This document shows, one piece after another, positions 47,246 through 58,088 of a stretch of 64,000 bases of DNA. Source of the stretch: Promethearchaeota archaeon (GTDB lineage: Archaea; Asgardarchaeota; Lokiarchaeia; Sigyniarchaeales; SOKP01). The DNA is taken from contig JBHLPW010000004.1 of the NCBI GenBank assembly GCA_048939015.1, positions 32,001 through 96,000 on the forward strand. The letters are read 5' to 3'. The notes under the pieces were generated by a model. The model was given only the letters and a program-made list of their open reading frames with translations. It ran no database searches and was not told where the DNA came from. Made by a program: the position numbers and the translations under genes. Numbering within the stretch: the first letter of the stretch is position 1; each line of letters begins with the position of its first letter.

Positions 47246-48799
47246 ATGTCGCCTGATTTAACTGATATCGCGGGAATAGGAAAAGCTACTGCAGACAAAA
47301 TAAAAGCAGCAGGGATAGATAGTATTGAAAAACTAGCAAATGTAAAACTAGATGATTTAGTGAAGTTGAAAATTAAGGGAGTTGGAAAAGCAACTGCACA
47401 AAAATATATAAATAATGCAAAAAATATACTTGCAGAAGCAGGATCTCAAACAGAAACAGAATCTAAACTAATTTCCGCAATTAATGAAAAATCAGCATTA
47501 AAAACAAAAACCGAACCTAAAGTTGAGTTCTCTAACATAAAAGAATTAATGAAACAACAAGCAGAATGCAATATTGGATTAGTAGGTCATGTAGATCATG
47601 GTAAAACTAGTTTAGTAAAAGCACTTACAGGGGATTGGACAGATAGGCATTCAGAAGAACAAGAAAGAGGGATCTCGATAAAACTCGGATATTCTAATGC
47701 TACTATTTTATACTGCTCTACCTGTGATCAATATTTAACATATTATTTATCTGAAAAAGCAAGAAAAAAGGGAGAACAGAGATATTTATGCCCTAACTGT
47801 AAAGAACAATTAGAATTTAAAAGAAATATTTCATTTGTCGACGCACCTGGCCATGAAATATTAATGGCAACAATGTTAAGTGGAGCTTCACTTATGGATG
47901 GCGCTTGTCTATTAATTGCTGCTGACGAAGATTGTCCTCAACCTCAAACTAGAGAACATTTGGAAGCATTACATATTGCTGGTATAGAAAATATAATTAT
48001 TCTGCAAAATAAAATTGATGCAGTTTCACGAGAGTTAGCACTAGAGAATTTTCGACAAATAAAGGAATTTGTCAAAGGTTCTATTGCAGAAAATGCTCCA
48101 ATTATCCCAATTTCCGCTGTATTTGGAGCAAATATAAACCAAGTATTAAAAGCATTTGAAGAAATTATTCCATCTCCTAAACGTAGTGAAGGAGAGTTTC
48201 AATTTTTAATTGCGAGATCTTTTGATATTAATCGACCAGGGAAAGCTATCAATGATCTAAAAGGTGGTGTAATAGGCGGATCTGTCTTAAAAGGAGATAT
48301 TGATGTGGGTGCACAAATTGAAATTCGACCAGGCTTAAGAATGAAAGATAAATATGTTCCTTTAAAATCAACTGTTGTGAGTATCAGCCAAGGAAGTAAT
48401 TTATTAGACAAAGCGAAACCTGGAGGACTTATAGGATTGGGAACTAAATTAGATCCCGCCTTAACTAAAGGTGATCACTTAATTGGGCATTTGGTTGGAA
48501 AACCAGGGACATTACCTGATGTTATTGATGAGGTGGAATTAAGAATTAATCTTTTAGATAGAGTAATTGGTTCTGAACAAATGCTAAGAGTCCATTCAGT
48601 TAAGCATAATGAAAAGTTATTACTAGTTGTTGGAACGGAAAAAACCGGCGGACTAGTAACTAAAATATTAAAAAATAGTGTTGTCTTGAAGTTAAATCCT
48701 CCAATATGTCCTCCCGAAGATTTTATATTTGCAATTTCAAGAATTATAAATAGGCGTTATCGATTAATCGGATATGGAGAACTAATTAATCATAATTAA
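47246..48799 (+). CDS. eif2g: Translation initiation factor aIF-2 gamma with N-terminal helix-hairpin-helix extension
   Basis: NIGLVGHVDHGKT, RGISIKLGY, DAPGHE, QNKID, RSFDINRPG and RLIGYG; about 100-aa N-terminal extension. Confidence 0.96.
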   Translation: MSPDLTDIAGIGKATADKIKAAGIDSIEKLANVKLDDLVKLKIKGVGKATAQKYINNAKNILAEAGSQTETESKLISAINEKSALKTKTEPKVEFSNIKELMKQQAECNIGLVGHVDHGKTSLVKALTGDWTDRHSEEQERGISIKLGYSNATILYCSTCDQYLTYYLSEKARKKGEQRYLCPNCKEQLEFKRNISFVDAPGHEILMATMLSGASLMDGACLLIAADEDCPQPQTREHLEALHIAGIENIIILQNKIDAVSRELALENFRQIKEFVKGSIAENAPIIPISAVFGANINQVLKAFEEIIPSPKRSEGEFQFLIARSFDINRPGKAINDLKGGVIGGSVLKGDIDVGAQIEIRPGLRMKDKYVPLKSTVVSISQGSNLLDKAKPGGLIGLGTKLDPALTKGDHLIGHLVGKPGTLPDVIDEVELRINLLDRVIGSEQMLRVHSVKHNEKLLLVVGTEKTGGLVTKILKNSVVLKLNPPICPPEDFIFAISRIINRRYRLIGYGELINHN

Positions 48800-48822
48800 T
48801 TCTTATCTCCTTCCGATAAGGT

Positions 48823-49152
48823 TTAAGAAGTATAGCTTAAAAAAATCTCTCTTATTTTACCCTTAATAAGTTTTAATGAAGGATCTACTTGACTGAATAC
48901 ATTCTGTAATGAATTAATTGCTTCTTGTTTGATATCTTGATTACTAGATCTTTGTAAATTTTGTTTAGTCTCATATAGAATTAATGTATCAGAGACTTTG
49001 GCGAGAAAATGAAGAATTATTGCTGGTCTTATATCATTAGGTAAATTTTCGTGATTTTTTACTTCCTTTATTTCGTAAAAAATCTCATTCATCATTTTAT
49101 GTTTTAGAAAATAAATAAAATCATCAATATTATCGCAAAAGATAACAATCAA
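48823..49152 (-). CDS. Hypothetical protein
   Basis: 109-aa ORF starting 5 nt downstream of a co-oriented gene. Confidence 0.7.
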   Translation of the reverse strand: MIVIFCDNIDDFIYFLKHKMMNEIFYEIKEVKNHENLPNDIRPAIILHFLAKVSDTLILYETKQNLQRSSNQDIKQEAINSLQNVFSQVDPSLKLIKGKIREIFLSYTS

Positions 49153-49157
49153 GGTAT

Positions 49158-50843
49158 TTATCGCATTTTCTTGTTTTTCAAATAAAATATTACTCCAAAG
49201 ATCAGAATAATGCTATTTAAACCTCCGAAAATTATTATCCAAAGAGGAAAATGAGGATAACTTGTGTAAATATAATTAATTTCCGTATAAGTATTAACAT
49301 CTGATTCTGTAAGGAAATCCCCATTTTGAAAGACTTTAATGGTATAATTCCCATAAGGAATGTTTTTTATTATGATTTCTCCATTTTCATTAGTTTTACC
49401 CGGTGATATCGGCTGAACTTGATCTTTAGATATATATGTTCCATATTTTTGTCCAAAATAATAGACTTCTAAATCTGCTCCTATTAATGGCATTTTTATA
49501 TTATCAGTAATAATTAATCTCAGAGTTTGTGTTGATATATACTTAAATATAAAAGGGCAAGTCTCTCCCATAACTAAATAGGGAACCTTTGCTAACATTC
49601 CCTCTCTCCCAGTTAGTGATTTATTCAAATAATAATATGGCGAATTTCTTTCAAATAGGGAAGAGTTACCTATAACTTGCTCAGAATAAATTGTAGGCTC
49701 ATAAAATGACAACCCCTTAAGAAATATATGTGGAGGGCCAGATATTATTGATGGGAAATAAATTCGTTCTCGTATTTCTCTCCCTTCCACAAGTCTATCT
49801 ATTGCCCATGTTTCTCCAACAGCTTTAACAAATTCAAAAGTAAATAATGCTGTAAAATTCAGTGAAAATGTACTTCGATCTCCAGAAAATAAGTCAGATA
49901 AATATACATCAATTGTTTTATTTAAGTTCAAATAGTTATTGATATTTACAATGACATCGTTAAGTTCAAGACTATGATCATTTAGTGAATTTCTGTCTGG
50001 TAAATTGACTGTTAATGCAACGTATATGTTTTCAGCATAAATTACCGGATCAGCAATAGAAAGATTATATTTATTAGACACTAATTCGAAATTATAATTA
50101 AAATCAACAGTAAAATTCTGATTTACTTCATTAATTAATAAATCATTTTTAGGAAGTTGACTTAACTTCCAATTATTTAATGTGAAATCGTATTCCCATA
50201 TAAGATTCATTGTGAAATTTGAATTTGGTAATACTTCAAAGAAATCTACAAAATGAAATACAATGAACTCATTACTATCTATAGAATAATCTGTTTCAGC
50301 AGTTAATTCAAAGACGTTAGTACCATTATCCACAAAAAATTGTACTAAACGACTTGAAGATAGACGAGAGTGGTAAATAATATACCCTAATGTTGAATTA
50401 TCAAGTTCTACCATTAAACTTTCATTAATTTTTACTGTTATGATATTGTTATCCTCAATATCTTCATCCAAGTTATCTACTATTGCAGGCTCTATTGTTT
50501 CTAAAAATTGCATGCTAATCGGCACCATATTCAATGCGCCTGACGCATACTCTTCCCAAATTAGAGGATAACTTGTATTATCCCTATAGAAACCTATTTC
50601 CAATCCACTAAAATCGATATTATTTATTGTAATATTTCCAAGTCCTTGTTTCTCTTCACTAAGTATAGGCTTATAATCTTCTTTTGAAAAACTACTAATT
50701 TCGAGGTTTGAATTATAAATTTCGGTGCTAGAATACGAATTATCAATACTTAAAACAAATGGAATAAAAAGTTGAGATAGTATTAAAAAGACAAGCAATA
50801 TTTTAATGTATGTCTGAGTATAATTCCATTTATTATAAGGCAT
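49158..50843 (-). CDS. Secreted/surface protein with carboxypeptidase-regulatory-like domain and C-terminal TM anchor
   Basis: Signal peptide, many NxS/T sequons, TNENG..IKNIPYGNYTIKV, C-terminal TM + basic tail. Confidence 0.75.
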   Translation of the reverse strand: MPYNKWNYTQTYIKILLVFLILSQLFIPFVLSIDNSYSSTEIYNSNLEISSFSKEDYKPILSEEKQGLGNITINNIDFSGLEIGFYRDNTSYPLIWEEYASGALNMVPISMQFLETIEPAIVDNLDEDIEDNNIITVKINESLMVELDNSTLGYIIYHSRLSSSRLVQFFVDNGTNVFELTAETDYSIDSNEFIVFHFVDFFEVLPNSNFTMNLIWEYDFTLNNWKLSQLPKNDLLINEVNQNFTVDFNYNFELVSNKYNLSIADPVIYAENIYVALTVNLPDRNSLNDHSLELNDVIVNINNYLNLNKTIDVYLSDLFSGDRSTFSLNFTALFTFEFVKAVGETWAIDRLVEGREIRERIYFPSIISGPPHIFLKGLSFYEPTIYSEQVIGNSSLFERNSPYYYLNKSLTGREGMLAKVPYLVMGETCPFIFKYISTQTLRLIITDNIKMPLIGADLEVYYFGQKYGTYISKDQVQPISPGKTNENGEIIIKNIPYGNYTIKVFQNGDFLTESDVNTYTEINYIYTSYPHFPLWIIIFGGLNSIILIFGVIFYLKNKKMR

Positions 50844-51120
50844 TTTTATAATTTTAACAGTAAAGTATTTAGAACAGAAAATTAAAATAAATTAAATAAT
50901 TTTTCTATAGATTTCATCTTTTTACTCACTTTCTTCATAAAACCTAAAAGAAAACGGAATATTTATAATTATAGAATATATTAGGGATTTATTAGATTTT
51001 AAAATAAGATAAGAATACTAAACAATTGCTTTTAGGATTTCACTTTCCTTGAGTTTTTATGCTGGAAGCTAATTACTATATGATGCACGAATTATATACT
51101 ATCTAATATTTCAGTAAATT

Positions 51121-52509
51121 GTGATAAAAATGACGATTTCACCAAATAAAACCAAATTTTTGGAGGAACTCAACAACGCAGTTGACCAATTTATCGATCG
51201 TTCGTTTAATCATGTAATTACAATTTCTCATAATGATGCAGATGGAATAAGTTGCTTACATATAATGCAAAATTTATTTTATAAGATGCATCTAAATTAT
51301 GATTATTTTATTTATAATAGGTCGGTTTCTTGGGAGAATTACTTAAAAGGTATTCTCTCGAGTAGGCAAACTGACAAAAATGCTCTTTTATTTACTGATG
51401 TAGGTTCCAATCTAAAAGAATTAATTCCAATAATAAAAAACAGAGAAGAAATTTTTTTTATCCTTGATCATCATGAAGTAGAGGATGATGTCCAATCTGA
51501 TGAATTCCCTGAAAATCTTTTTTTTGTTAATCCAACTATTTATGGGTTTGATGGACTTGAACATATAGCTGGAGCGACTTTAACACACTTGTTTGCTAAA
51601 AAAGTAAAACCCTCTATTTTACAACAAGCATGGTTAACAGTAATTGGAATATGTGGAGATTCATTAAAACCAATGGATAAACTAAAATCATTTAACCGAG
51701 AAGTTTATGAGGAATTAATAGATGAAGAACTCATTGAAGATAAAGAGAGTCTAATATTGTTTGGTAGTATGAATGAATCGATTAAAAATGGTTTAAAGTA
51801 TAGTATTTTACCTTTTCTTAGCCAATTTGGAGGTGAATCAGATCAAAAAATCACTTCCTTTTTAAACTCTTTACAAATTGATCCAAAGACTAAAGTGGTT
51901 GATTTAAATGAATCTGAGATTGAAAAGATTCAAAAAAATGCTAAAATTAACAGTTATGGGCATTATGCTATATTACCACATAAAATGGGTTTATTAAGAT
52001 TCGCTTTTGAACATGCTCTTTTATTAAATATTCTCTGTTTCAAAAATATTAGTGCTGCGCTTTCAATCATTCAATTAAAGTCAATTACACGTTATGCTAA
52101 AGGAATCTATTCTGAATATATTGAAAATCTTTCTAGAAATTTGAGAACTCTCTCAAATGAAATACCTCAAGTTGAAACTAAAAAAGCGATATTTATGGAA
52201 GTAATAGGAAAGATCCCTCCAAGTAACTGGTCAGATACAGCTAGTTTTAGTGCTGTTAATGAACTATTCGATCCGAATAAAATTTTGTTTTTAGGAGGTC
52301 CAGAAAAGAAATCTGGGACAATAAAATTAAGTATTCGGTGTTCAAGAAATTATATTGAAAAAAGTAAAGGTAAAGGCGTAAATATAATAATTTCTAATAT
52401 AAAAAAAGAATTAGGGGGAGTTGGTGGAGGGCATAAACTAGCAGGAGGTATCCGGTTATCAAAACCTTCTTATAATATTTTAAAAAAGAAAGTGGATGAA
52501 TTTATTTGA
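51121..52509 (+). CDS. DHH/DHHA1 phosphoesterase, archaeal RecJ/GAN-like
   Basis: HNDADG, TDVGS, LDHH and GGGHKLAGG motifs. Confidence 0.88.
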   Translation: MIKMTISPNKTKFLEELNNAVDQFIDRSFNHVITISHNDADGISCLHIMQNLFYKMHLNYDYFIYNRSVSWENYLKGILSSRQTDKNALLFTDVGSNLKELIPIIKNREEIFFILDHHEVEDDVQSDEFPENLFFVNPTIYGFDGLEHIAGATLTHLFAKKVKPSILQQAWLTVIGICGDSLKPMDKLKSFNREVYEELIDEELIEDKESLILFGSMNESIKNGLKYSILPFLSQFGGESDQKITSFLNSLQIDPKTKVVDLNESEIEKIQKNAKINSYGHYAILPHKMGLLRFAFEHALLLNILCFKNISAALSIIQLKSITRYAKGIYSEYIENLSRNLRTLSNEIPQVETKKAIFMEVIGKIPPSNWSDTASFSAVNELFDPNKILFLGGPEKKSGTIKLSIRCSRNYIEKSKGKGVNIIISNIKKELGGVGGGHKLAGGIRLSKPSYNILKKKVDEFI

Positions 52510-52715
52510 TTCTTGTTGTATCTAAGAAAAAAGAAATGATAAATAAGCAAAAAATCAATCTTCAGTTTAGATCTTCTTAAGTATTTTTAATAATAATAGT
52601 ACTTGATATTTTCTTCTTATAAATAGGTTATTACCTTTAAATATTGCAAAAAACCAATTTAACTTATAAGAAAATGATTATAGGCAAGACTTGAAAAAAA
52701 TAAAGGAGTTTTATA

Positions 52716-53411
52716 ATGCATAGTGTACAATTAAAAGACTTTTTATTCGAACGCCCCATTACTATTATTTTTGATGAAAATTTGCATAAAAAAGAGGTCC
52801 TAAAAGGTTTCATTGCTGTGACAATATATTCAATTGTCTATGGATTCTACGAATACTTTATAGTGTATGGTTTGCTGATTCCCGTTTTGGGTAACCCTTT
52901 CAGCATTATAAATTGGTTTATTATGTTTTTTGGAATACTTTTTGTTGCAGCTTTAGCTACGTGGTTTAGTGTTGAAAAATCTCTTATGGCATGGTTATAT
53001 TTGACGATTATAGAAGATCTTTTTTATTGGATTGCGCAATGGATTGATACAGGAGTATATCCCTTTCCAGCCCCTGATTGGTGGGATACCACAATAGCTA
53101 CTTTTCGCCTATTAGGAGGTCTTGGTCAAGCTATACCTTTTTGGCCAAATATTCCTTTATTTTACCTACCAGGATTTACATTGTTAATAATTTACTATAT
53201 TATATCTTATAGAAGTGCTAAATACGGTAGAATCATAGCATGGATTGTAGGACCGTTCATTTTAGCTATTCTTGGGGGGGCATTGCCAGGGATTTTTGGA
53301 TTAACAGGTGATCTATTAGCAACTATCATATTGATATCCATTCCAGTATTATCTTATTCGTTTGTATTATCTCTTTTATATAGAAATGACTGGAAATTCA
53401 AGAAAAAATGA
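52716..53411 (+). CDS. Hypothetical multi-TM membrane protein
   Basis: About six hydrophobic helices; IEDLFYW motif. Confidence 0.75.
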   Translation: MHSVQLKDFLFERPITIIFDENLHKKEVLKGFIAVTIYSIVYGFYEYFIVYGLLIPVLGNPFSIINWFIMFFGILFVAALATWFSVEKSLMAWLYLTIIEDLFYWIAQWIDTGVYPFPAPDWWDTTIATFRLLGGLGQAIPFWPNIPLFYLPGFTLLIIYYIISYRSAKYGRIIAWIVGPFILAILGGALPGIFGLTGDLLATIILISIPVLSYSFVLSLLYRNDWKFKKK

Positions 53412-53571
53412 ATAAAAAACTATAGATTGGGTTGAAGTTTAATAAATCCTGCAATTAGTAACTTTAGATTAATAAAAAATTTAAGTTAAATATGGGGGAA
53501 TTTTCTAAAATAATAAAAAAATATAAGGTTTAGAAATAACGTATCAAATAATCTAAAATCAATTCTAAAAC

Positions 53572-53874
53572 ATGAACTTTTTTAAAAAACTTACAGATTT
53601 TGTATTCCTTTTAAAAATTAATGTTAAAACTAACGCTAAAATTCAAAATATTACAAAAGTTAATGATTTTTTAAAAATATCTCTTAAGTCGAAACCTATG
53701 CAGAATAAAGCAAATAAGGAATTAATAAATCTTATAAAAAGGAAATTAAAAATAACATCAACTCAAATTCAAATCATCTCTGGTCTAAAAAATCCAGATA
53801 AAATTATTAAAATAACGTTTTTAGAGAAAATTAATGAAGAAGAATTAGTTAGACAACTTATTGATACAAACTGA
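53572..53874 (+). CDS. DUF167/YggU family protein
   Basis: INVKTNAK, P.QNKANKELI and IQIISG...DK. Confidence 0.85.
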   Translation: MNFFKKLTDFVFLLKINVKTNAKIQNITKVNDFLKISLKSKPMQNKANKELINLIKRKLKITSTQIQIISGLKNPDKIIKITFLEKINEEELVRQLIDTN

Positions 53875-53879
53875 ATTAT

Positions 53880-54230
53880 CTAACTCCCAATTTTTTTCAT
53901 TTTTCCACATTTTAAACATGTAATAAAATGTGTCATCCCCTCATCCGCTCTTCGTGTTTGACGAGTTTCAAGATGAGCTTTAGTATATCCACATCGAGGA
54001 CATTTAAAATCTTTAATGGTACTTCTTAGGTTCTCCTCTTTCCAATCCATAACTTCAACTAGATTTGTAACTTCATTTCTAATAGAATGTTCAATTTTAG
54101 TAGTTAGCCTATAATCGTTAGACTTCTCTTCATTAAATGGTTTAATTGCTCCACACTTGCATTTAAACACTTTCTGTCCATCTACATTTGAAGGTAGCAT
54201 CATACCTCCACATTCATCACAAAATTCCAT
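53880..54230 (-). CDS. tfs: Transcription factor S (TFS/RpoM)
   Basis: FCDECGGMM, CPRCG, QTRRADE (acidic hairpin intact) and C..CG. Confidence 0.93.
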   Translation of the reverse strand: MEFCDECGGMMLPSNVDGQKVFKCKCGAIKPFNEEKSNDYRLTTKIEHSIRNEVTNLVEVMDWKEENLRSTIKDFKCPRCGYTKAHLETRQTRRADEGMTHFITCLKCGKMKKIGS

Positions 54231-54310
54231 TATTTTTTGTCAAGATTGAATTTAGTTTTTATATCTATAATTAATTATAAATTAATTCTACCAAATATTT
54301 TTTTTTGAAT

Positions 54311-55285
54311 TTAGATTCTTAAACCAAACACTAACGCACAAAATATTATTCCAGATAAAAGGTCAGCAGTAGTTCCAGGATTTAATTTTCCCTTTTTCTC
54401 TTGAAGTTCATTGTCTAATTCTAAAGCTAACTTAAAACCTTGATCAGTTGAGATTCCTCCACGATCTAAGATATGTGATGCTTTTTTTGAGATATTTAAT
54501 GCAAAATCAGATCCAGATTTTCTAATAACAAGTGTATCTGGATGTAAGGATAACAATTTTAAATACGTGTTGACAATCGCACAATTTATATCATTATATT
54601 GGCTATATATTTTTAAGAAATATGGAACGCCCTCATTTAAAATAATATTAAAATTATTTGCATACTCTAGACTGATTAAATCCCTCTCCTTTGATAACTC
54701 AAAAATTTTTTTCAGTTTAATGTTTTCTTGGATAATCTCTTTAACAGAATTTTCCTTATTTAAATCATATTTTTCAACAGTTCCTAAACCCCCAGGATTA
54801 CATAATTTTATTGCTTCATATAATTTTACTGTATCATTTACAGAAGTATTCTCAATAACCATCCCTAAGTTATTTTTCCAATCATAAAAGCTATAATCCT
54901 TCGATTTTAGACATATTATAGTTGCTGCAGCGAGTGGTGCTAAAATTAATATATGTCCTAGTAAAACATTACCTCCACTTTGCCAATTCATCATTTCCTC
55001 AGCAGCATCCTTAAAAAACTGACCCAATTCTATTTTTTCAAAATCAACTTGGTTTTTAAATGGCAACTGAAACAACTTCTTGCAAAAGTCCATAAAAGTA
55101 GGTTGGATTGCAGCAATTCCCGCTAAAAAATGTTCAAATTTCGTATTTTCGAAATCTTTTGTGCGATGAACGTTCCCTGGTTTAGGCCAACCTGCTAACT
55201 CTAATAAGCTCGCTAAGCACAAACATCGAATTAGGTCATCAATAGATTTAATGGAAATATTAAGATTAGATCTAAATAAAGACAC
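54311..55285 (-). CDS. citG: CitG-family (triphosphoribosyl-dephospho-CoA synthase-like) protein
   Basis: KPGNVHR, DTLVIRK and NPGTTADL motifs. Confidence 0.85.
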   Translation of the reverse strand: MSLFRSNLNISIKSIDDLIRCLCLASLLELAGWPKPGNVHRTKDFENTKFEHFLAGIAAIQPTFMDFCKKLFQLPFKNQVDFEKIELGQFFKDAAEEMMNWQSGGNVLLGHILILAPLAAATIICLKSKDYSFYDWKNNLGMVIENTSVNDTVKLYEAIKLCNPGGLGTVEKYDLNKENSVKEIIQENIKLKKIFELSKERDLISLEYANNFNIILNEGVPYFLKIYSQYNDINCAIVNTYLKLLSLHPDTLVIRKSGSDFALNISKKASHILDRGGISTDQGFKLALELDNELQEKKGKLNPGTTADLLSGIIFCALVFGLRI

Positions 55286-55336
55286 ATTTAATACTATTTC
55301 TTTAAATAATTTAATAATTTTGAGAAAGAATAAGTT

Positions 55337-55645
55337 TTAATAATAACTTAACTCAACCATTTTCTTTTCTTTCACAATATATCCTTCATTTTCAGTAGTT
55401 TTATAAGAAATAGGTCTAAAATCATTATAAAGTCCTTTCTTATGAAGGAATTTTTTAATTCTAAGTCTTAATGCTCTTTTGGATATCTTATTTGGCATTT
55501 CTACACTTAAATCATTCCCATTTCTGTTAAGAGTTATTTGTGGTAAAGCTTCGGATAAGAATCTAATTAAATCAAGAACATGCTGCTCATTTTTAAAACT
55601 TAAATCTTTTACATTTATCATGAAAGACTTATTTGCTTCACTCAT
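55337..55645 (-). CDS. rpl22e: Ribosomal protein eL22 (L22e)-like
   Basis: SKRALRLRIKKFLHKKGLYNDFRPIS resembles the eL22 SKRYLKYLTKKYLKK..LRD.LRV.. core; 102 aa. Confidence 0.8.
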   Translation of the reverse strand: MSEANKSFMINVKDLSFKNEQHVLDLIRFLSEALPQITLNRNGNDLSVEMPNKISKRALRLRIKKFLHKKGLYNDFRPISYKTTENEGYIVKEKKMVELSYY

Positions 55646-55788
55646 AGTGTTATCACAGTGTAGAATAATTAAAAATATTATTAATTTTTTATGTTTTTAT
55701 TATAGTAATCTAAAATTCGAATTTCTTATTTAGAAAAATCTTCGTAAGACAATAACTAGAGCGGTTAAATGATAAAAGGTGATGTAAT

Positions 55789-57069
55789 TTGGTGGATTAT
55801 GTAAATTTGGATTATAAGCCAAGTGAAAATGATTTAATAGCAATGTATTATGTAGAGATTTCTCCAGATTGTAAAAATTTAGAACACGCTTCAGAAGAGA
55901 TCGCAAAAGAATCCTCAATTGGAACTTGGACAGAAATAGCAACACTATCTGCTGAAATTGCTGAAAGACTCAAACCATCAACTTTCTATATCGACCATGA
56001 AAAAAATATTATTAAGATTGCTTACACTAAAGAGCTTTTTGAAGCAAATAACTTACCGCAGATTTTAAGTGCGATTGCTGGAAATATTTATGGAATGAAG
56101 GTAATAAAATCATTAAGATTATTAGATATCAGCTTTCCTAAAGATATTGTTCATGCCCATAAGGGGCCAAAATTCGGAATCGAAGGTATTCGAAAATTAA
56201 CTAAAGTAAAGGATAGACCTATCCTCGGCACAATTGTGAAACCTAAAGTTGGTTTAAATGAAGTTAAACATGCAAAAATATGTGGAGAAGCATGGATTGG
56301 TGGATTAGACATCGTTAAAGATGATGAAAATCTAACAAATATGACTTTTAATAAGTTCGAGAAAAGAATTACAGAAACGTTAAAAATAAGGGATAAAGCG
56401 GAAAATGAAACTGGAGAAAGGAAGTTCTATATGCCAAACATAACAGCACCTCTTAGAATTATGAAAAATCGTGCAGATTATGTTATTAAAAGCGGTGGAG
56501 AATATGTAATGCTAGATATTCTTACGGTTGGATTCTCGGCTTTACAAGAAATTAGAGATTATTTAGATGATAATAATATAGCTATACATGCTCATAGAGC
56601 TATGCATGCTGCATTAACTAGAAATAAAAAGCATGGAATAACAATGTTAGCTTTATCAAAATTAATGAGATTAATAGGGATGGATCAACTACATACAGGA
56701 ACAGTTGTAGGAAAAATGGAGGGTGGAAAAAGAGAGGTATTAGAGTGTAATGAAATACTCACTAGTCAGAAAATTTCCGATAATAATGAAACTATGCTTA
56801 ATCAAGAGTGGGGTGAGATTAAATCAACTTTACCTGTGGCTTCTGGTGGTTTAAGTCCACTTCATATCCCTGATCTAATTGAAATTCTAGGTAAAGACAT
56901 GGTTTATCAGTTTGGAGGAGGGTGTCATGGTCATCCTGATGGAACTAAAGCCGGTGCAAAAGCTATTAGACAAGCGCTTGATGCAGTTTTAAATGGTTCA
57001 ACTTTAAAAGAATATGCTAAAAAGAAAACTGAATTAAGGAAAGCTATTGAAAAATGGGAAAAAAAATAG
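55789..57069 (+). CDS. rbcL: Form III RuBisCO large subunit
   Basis: ESSIGTW, GTIVKPKVG, DIVKDDE, HAHRAMH, GKMEG, PVASGG and QFGGG..GHP. Confidence 0.95.
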   Translation: MVDYVNLDYKPSENDLIAMYYVEISPDCKNLEHASEEIAKESSIGTWTEIATLSAEIAERLKPSTFYIDHEKNIIKIAYTKELFEANNLPQILSAIAGNIYGMKVIKSLRLLDISFPKDIVHAHKGPKFGIEGIRKLTKVKDRPILGTIVKPKVGLNEVKHAKICGEAWIGGLDIVKDDENLTNMTFNKFEKRITETLKIRDKAENETGERKFYMPNITAPLRIMKNRADYVIKSGGEYVMLDILTVGFSALQEIRDYLDDNNIAIHAHRAMHAALTRNKKHGITMLALSKLMRLIGMDQLHTGTVVGKMEGGKREVLECNEILTSQKISDNNETMLNQEWGEIKSTLPVASGGLSPLHIPDLIEILGKDMVYQFGGGCHGHPDGTKAGAKAIRQALDAVLNGSTLKEYAKKKTELRKAIEKWEKK

Positions 57070-57079
57070 TATCTTTTTC

Positions 57080-58012
57080 CTAAATCATTTCTGGATAGGT
57101 TTTTGCAAAATAATTTGGAACATGACTTGAAGCAAAAATACCTACTTCTGTAATTAAACCATCAATATATCTTCTACTCACGGTTTCAAACGCAGGATTT
57201 AAAATTTCAATTCCTTCTGGGGGATTTTCCCAAATTTCTTGAGGGGCTCTCATTTCAATTGTTTCTAAAATCCCTAAATTAGTCTCGGGATTATATTTTA
57301 ATAGAGGAGAAGCAACATAGAATGGTACATGTTCTTCATGAGCTACTAGAGCTAAAAGTCTTGATCCTATTTTATTAATAATAGTCCCTTCAGAAGTTAT
57401 ACTATCAGCACCAATTATTATTATATCAACTTGATAATGTTTAACTGCCCATCTCATTGCACTATCGACAACATGGATGACTTCTATACCCGCTTCGAAT
57501 AATTCTCTTGAGGTTTTTCTACCCTGCAGTCGAGGTTGCGTTTCTGTATTAATAGTTTTAAAAATTTTCCCTTGTCTCTTAGCTTCTAATAGAATACCAG
57601 TGACTATACTTGAATGACAATGAGTCATTACATTAAATTTTTGATTACTAGAAGGAAATCGTCTAGCGCCAATTTCAGCAATTCTCTTCTTCGAATTTTG
57701 GAGCATGTCAATATATAGATTCTTATATTTTTCAATTATATCAGAAATGTATGCAGGTATTATACTGTCCTTTTCTTGCTCTAATTTATTCATTGTAAAT
57801 TTCAAACCATTTTTCATTGCTGGTTCTGTTGGCCTTGTATCTATTAATATAGCTTGTGCCTCGTAAAGACTCTTGAAACATGTTTTAATATCTTCACAGT
57901 TCAGTCTTTTTGCATAATCACTTAAGAAATCAATAGCACTAATCGCAATATTACTAGCACCTTGAATTTCTAAAGATCTTATCTTTTGAGCATCTTGTAA
58001 TAATTTTTTCAT
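57080..58012 (-). CDS. Ribose-1,5-bisphosphate isomerase (eIF2B-like family)
   Basis: IQGA, RPTEP, THCHS (catalytic Cys), ETQP..QG, GADS and NKIG; adjacent to rbcL. Confidence 0.88.
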   Translation of the reverse strand: MKKLLQDAQKIRSLEIQGASNIAISAIDFLSDYAKRLNCEDIKTCFKSLYEAQAILIDTRPTEPAMKNGLKFTMNKLEQEKDSIIPAYISDIIEKYKNLYIDMLQNSKKRIAEIGARRFPSSNQKFNVMTHCHSSIVTGILLEAKRQGKIFKTINTETQPRLQGRKTSRELFEAGIEVIHVVDSAMRWAVKHYQVDIIIIGADSITSEGTIINKIGSRLLALVAHEEHVPFYVASPLLKYNPETNLGILETIEMRAPQEIWENPPEGIEILNPAFETVSRRYIDGLITEVGIFASSHVPNYFAKTYPEMI

Positions 58013-58088
58013 TATTAATCCTCAAGTATTATTACTTCTTATAGATTGATGCGATTCATATCGTTATTATGGATTTACATGAAGTTAA

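Noticed and set aside
57080-58012. Calling this gene a translation factor eIF2B subunit
   Set aside because: The catalytic THCHS Cys and adjacency to rbcL favour R15P isomerase.
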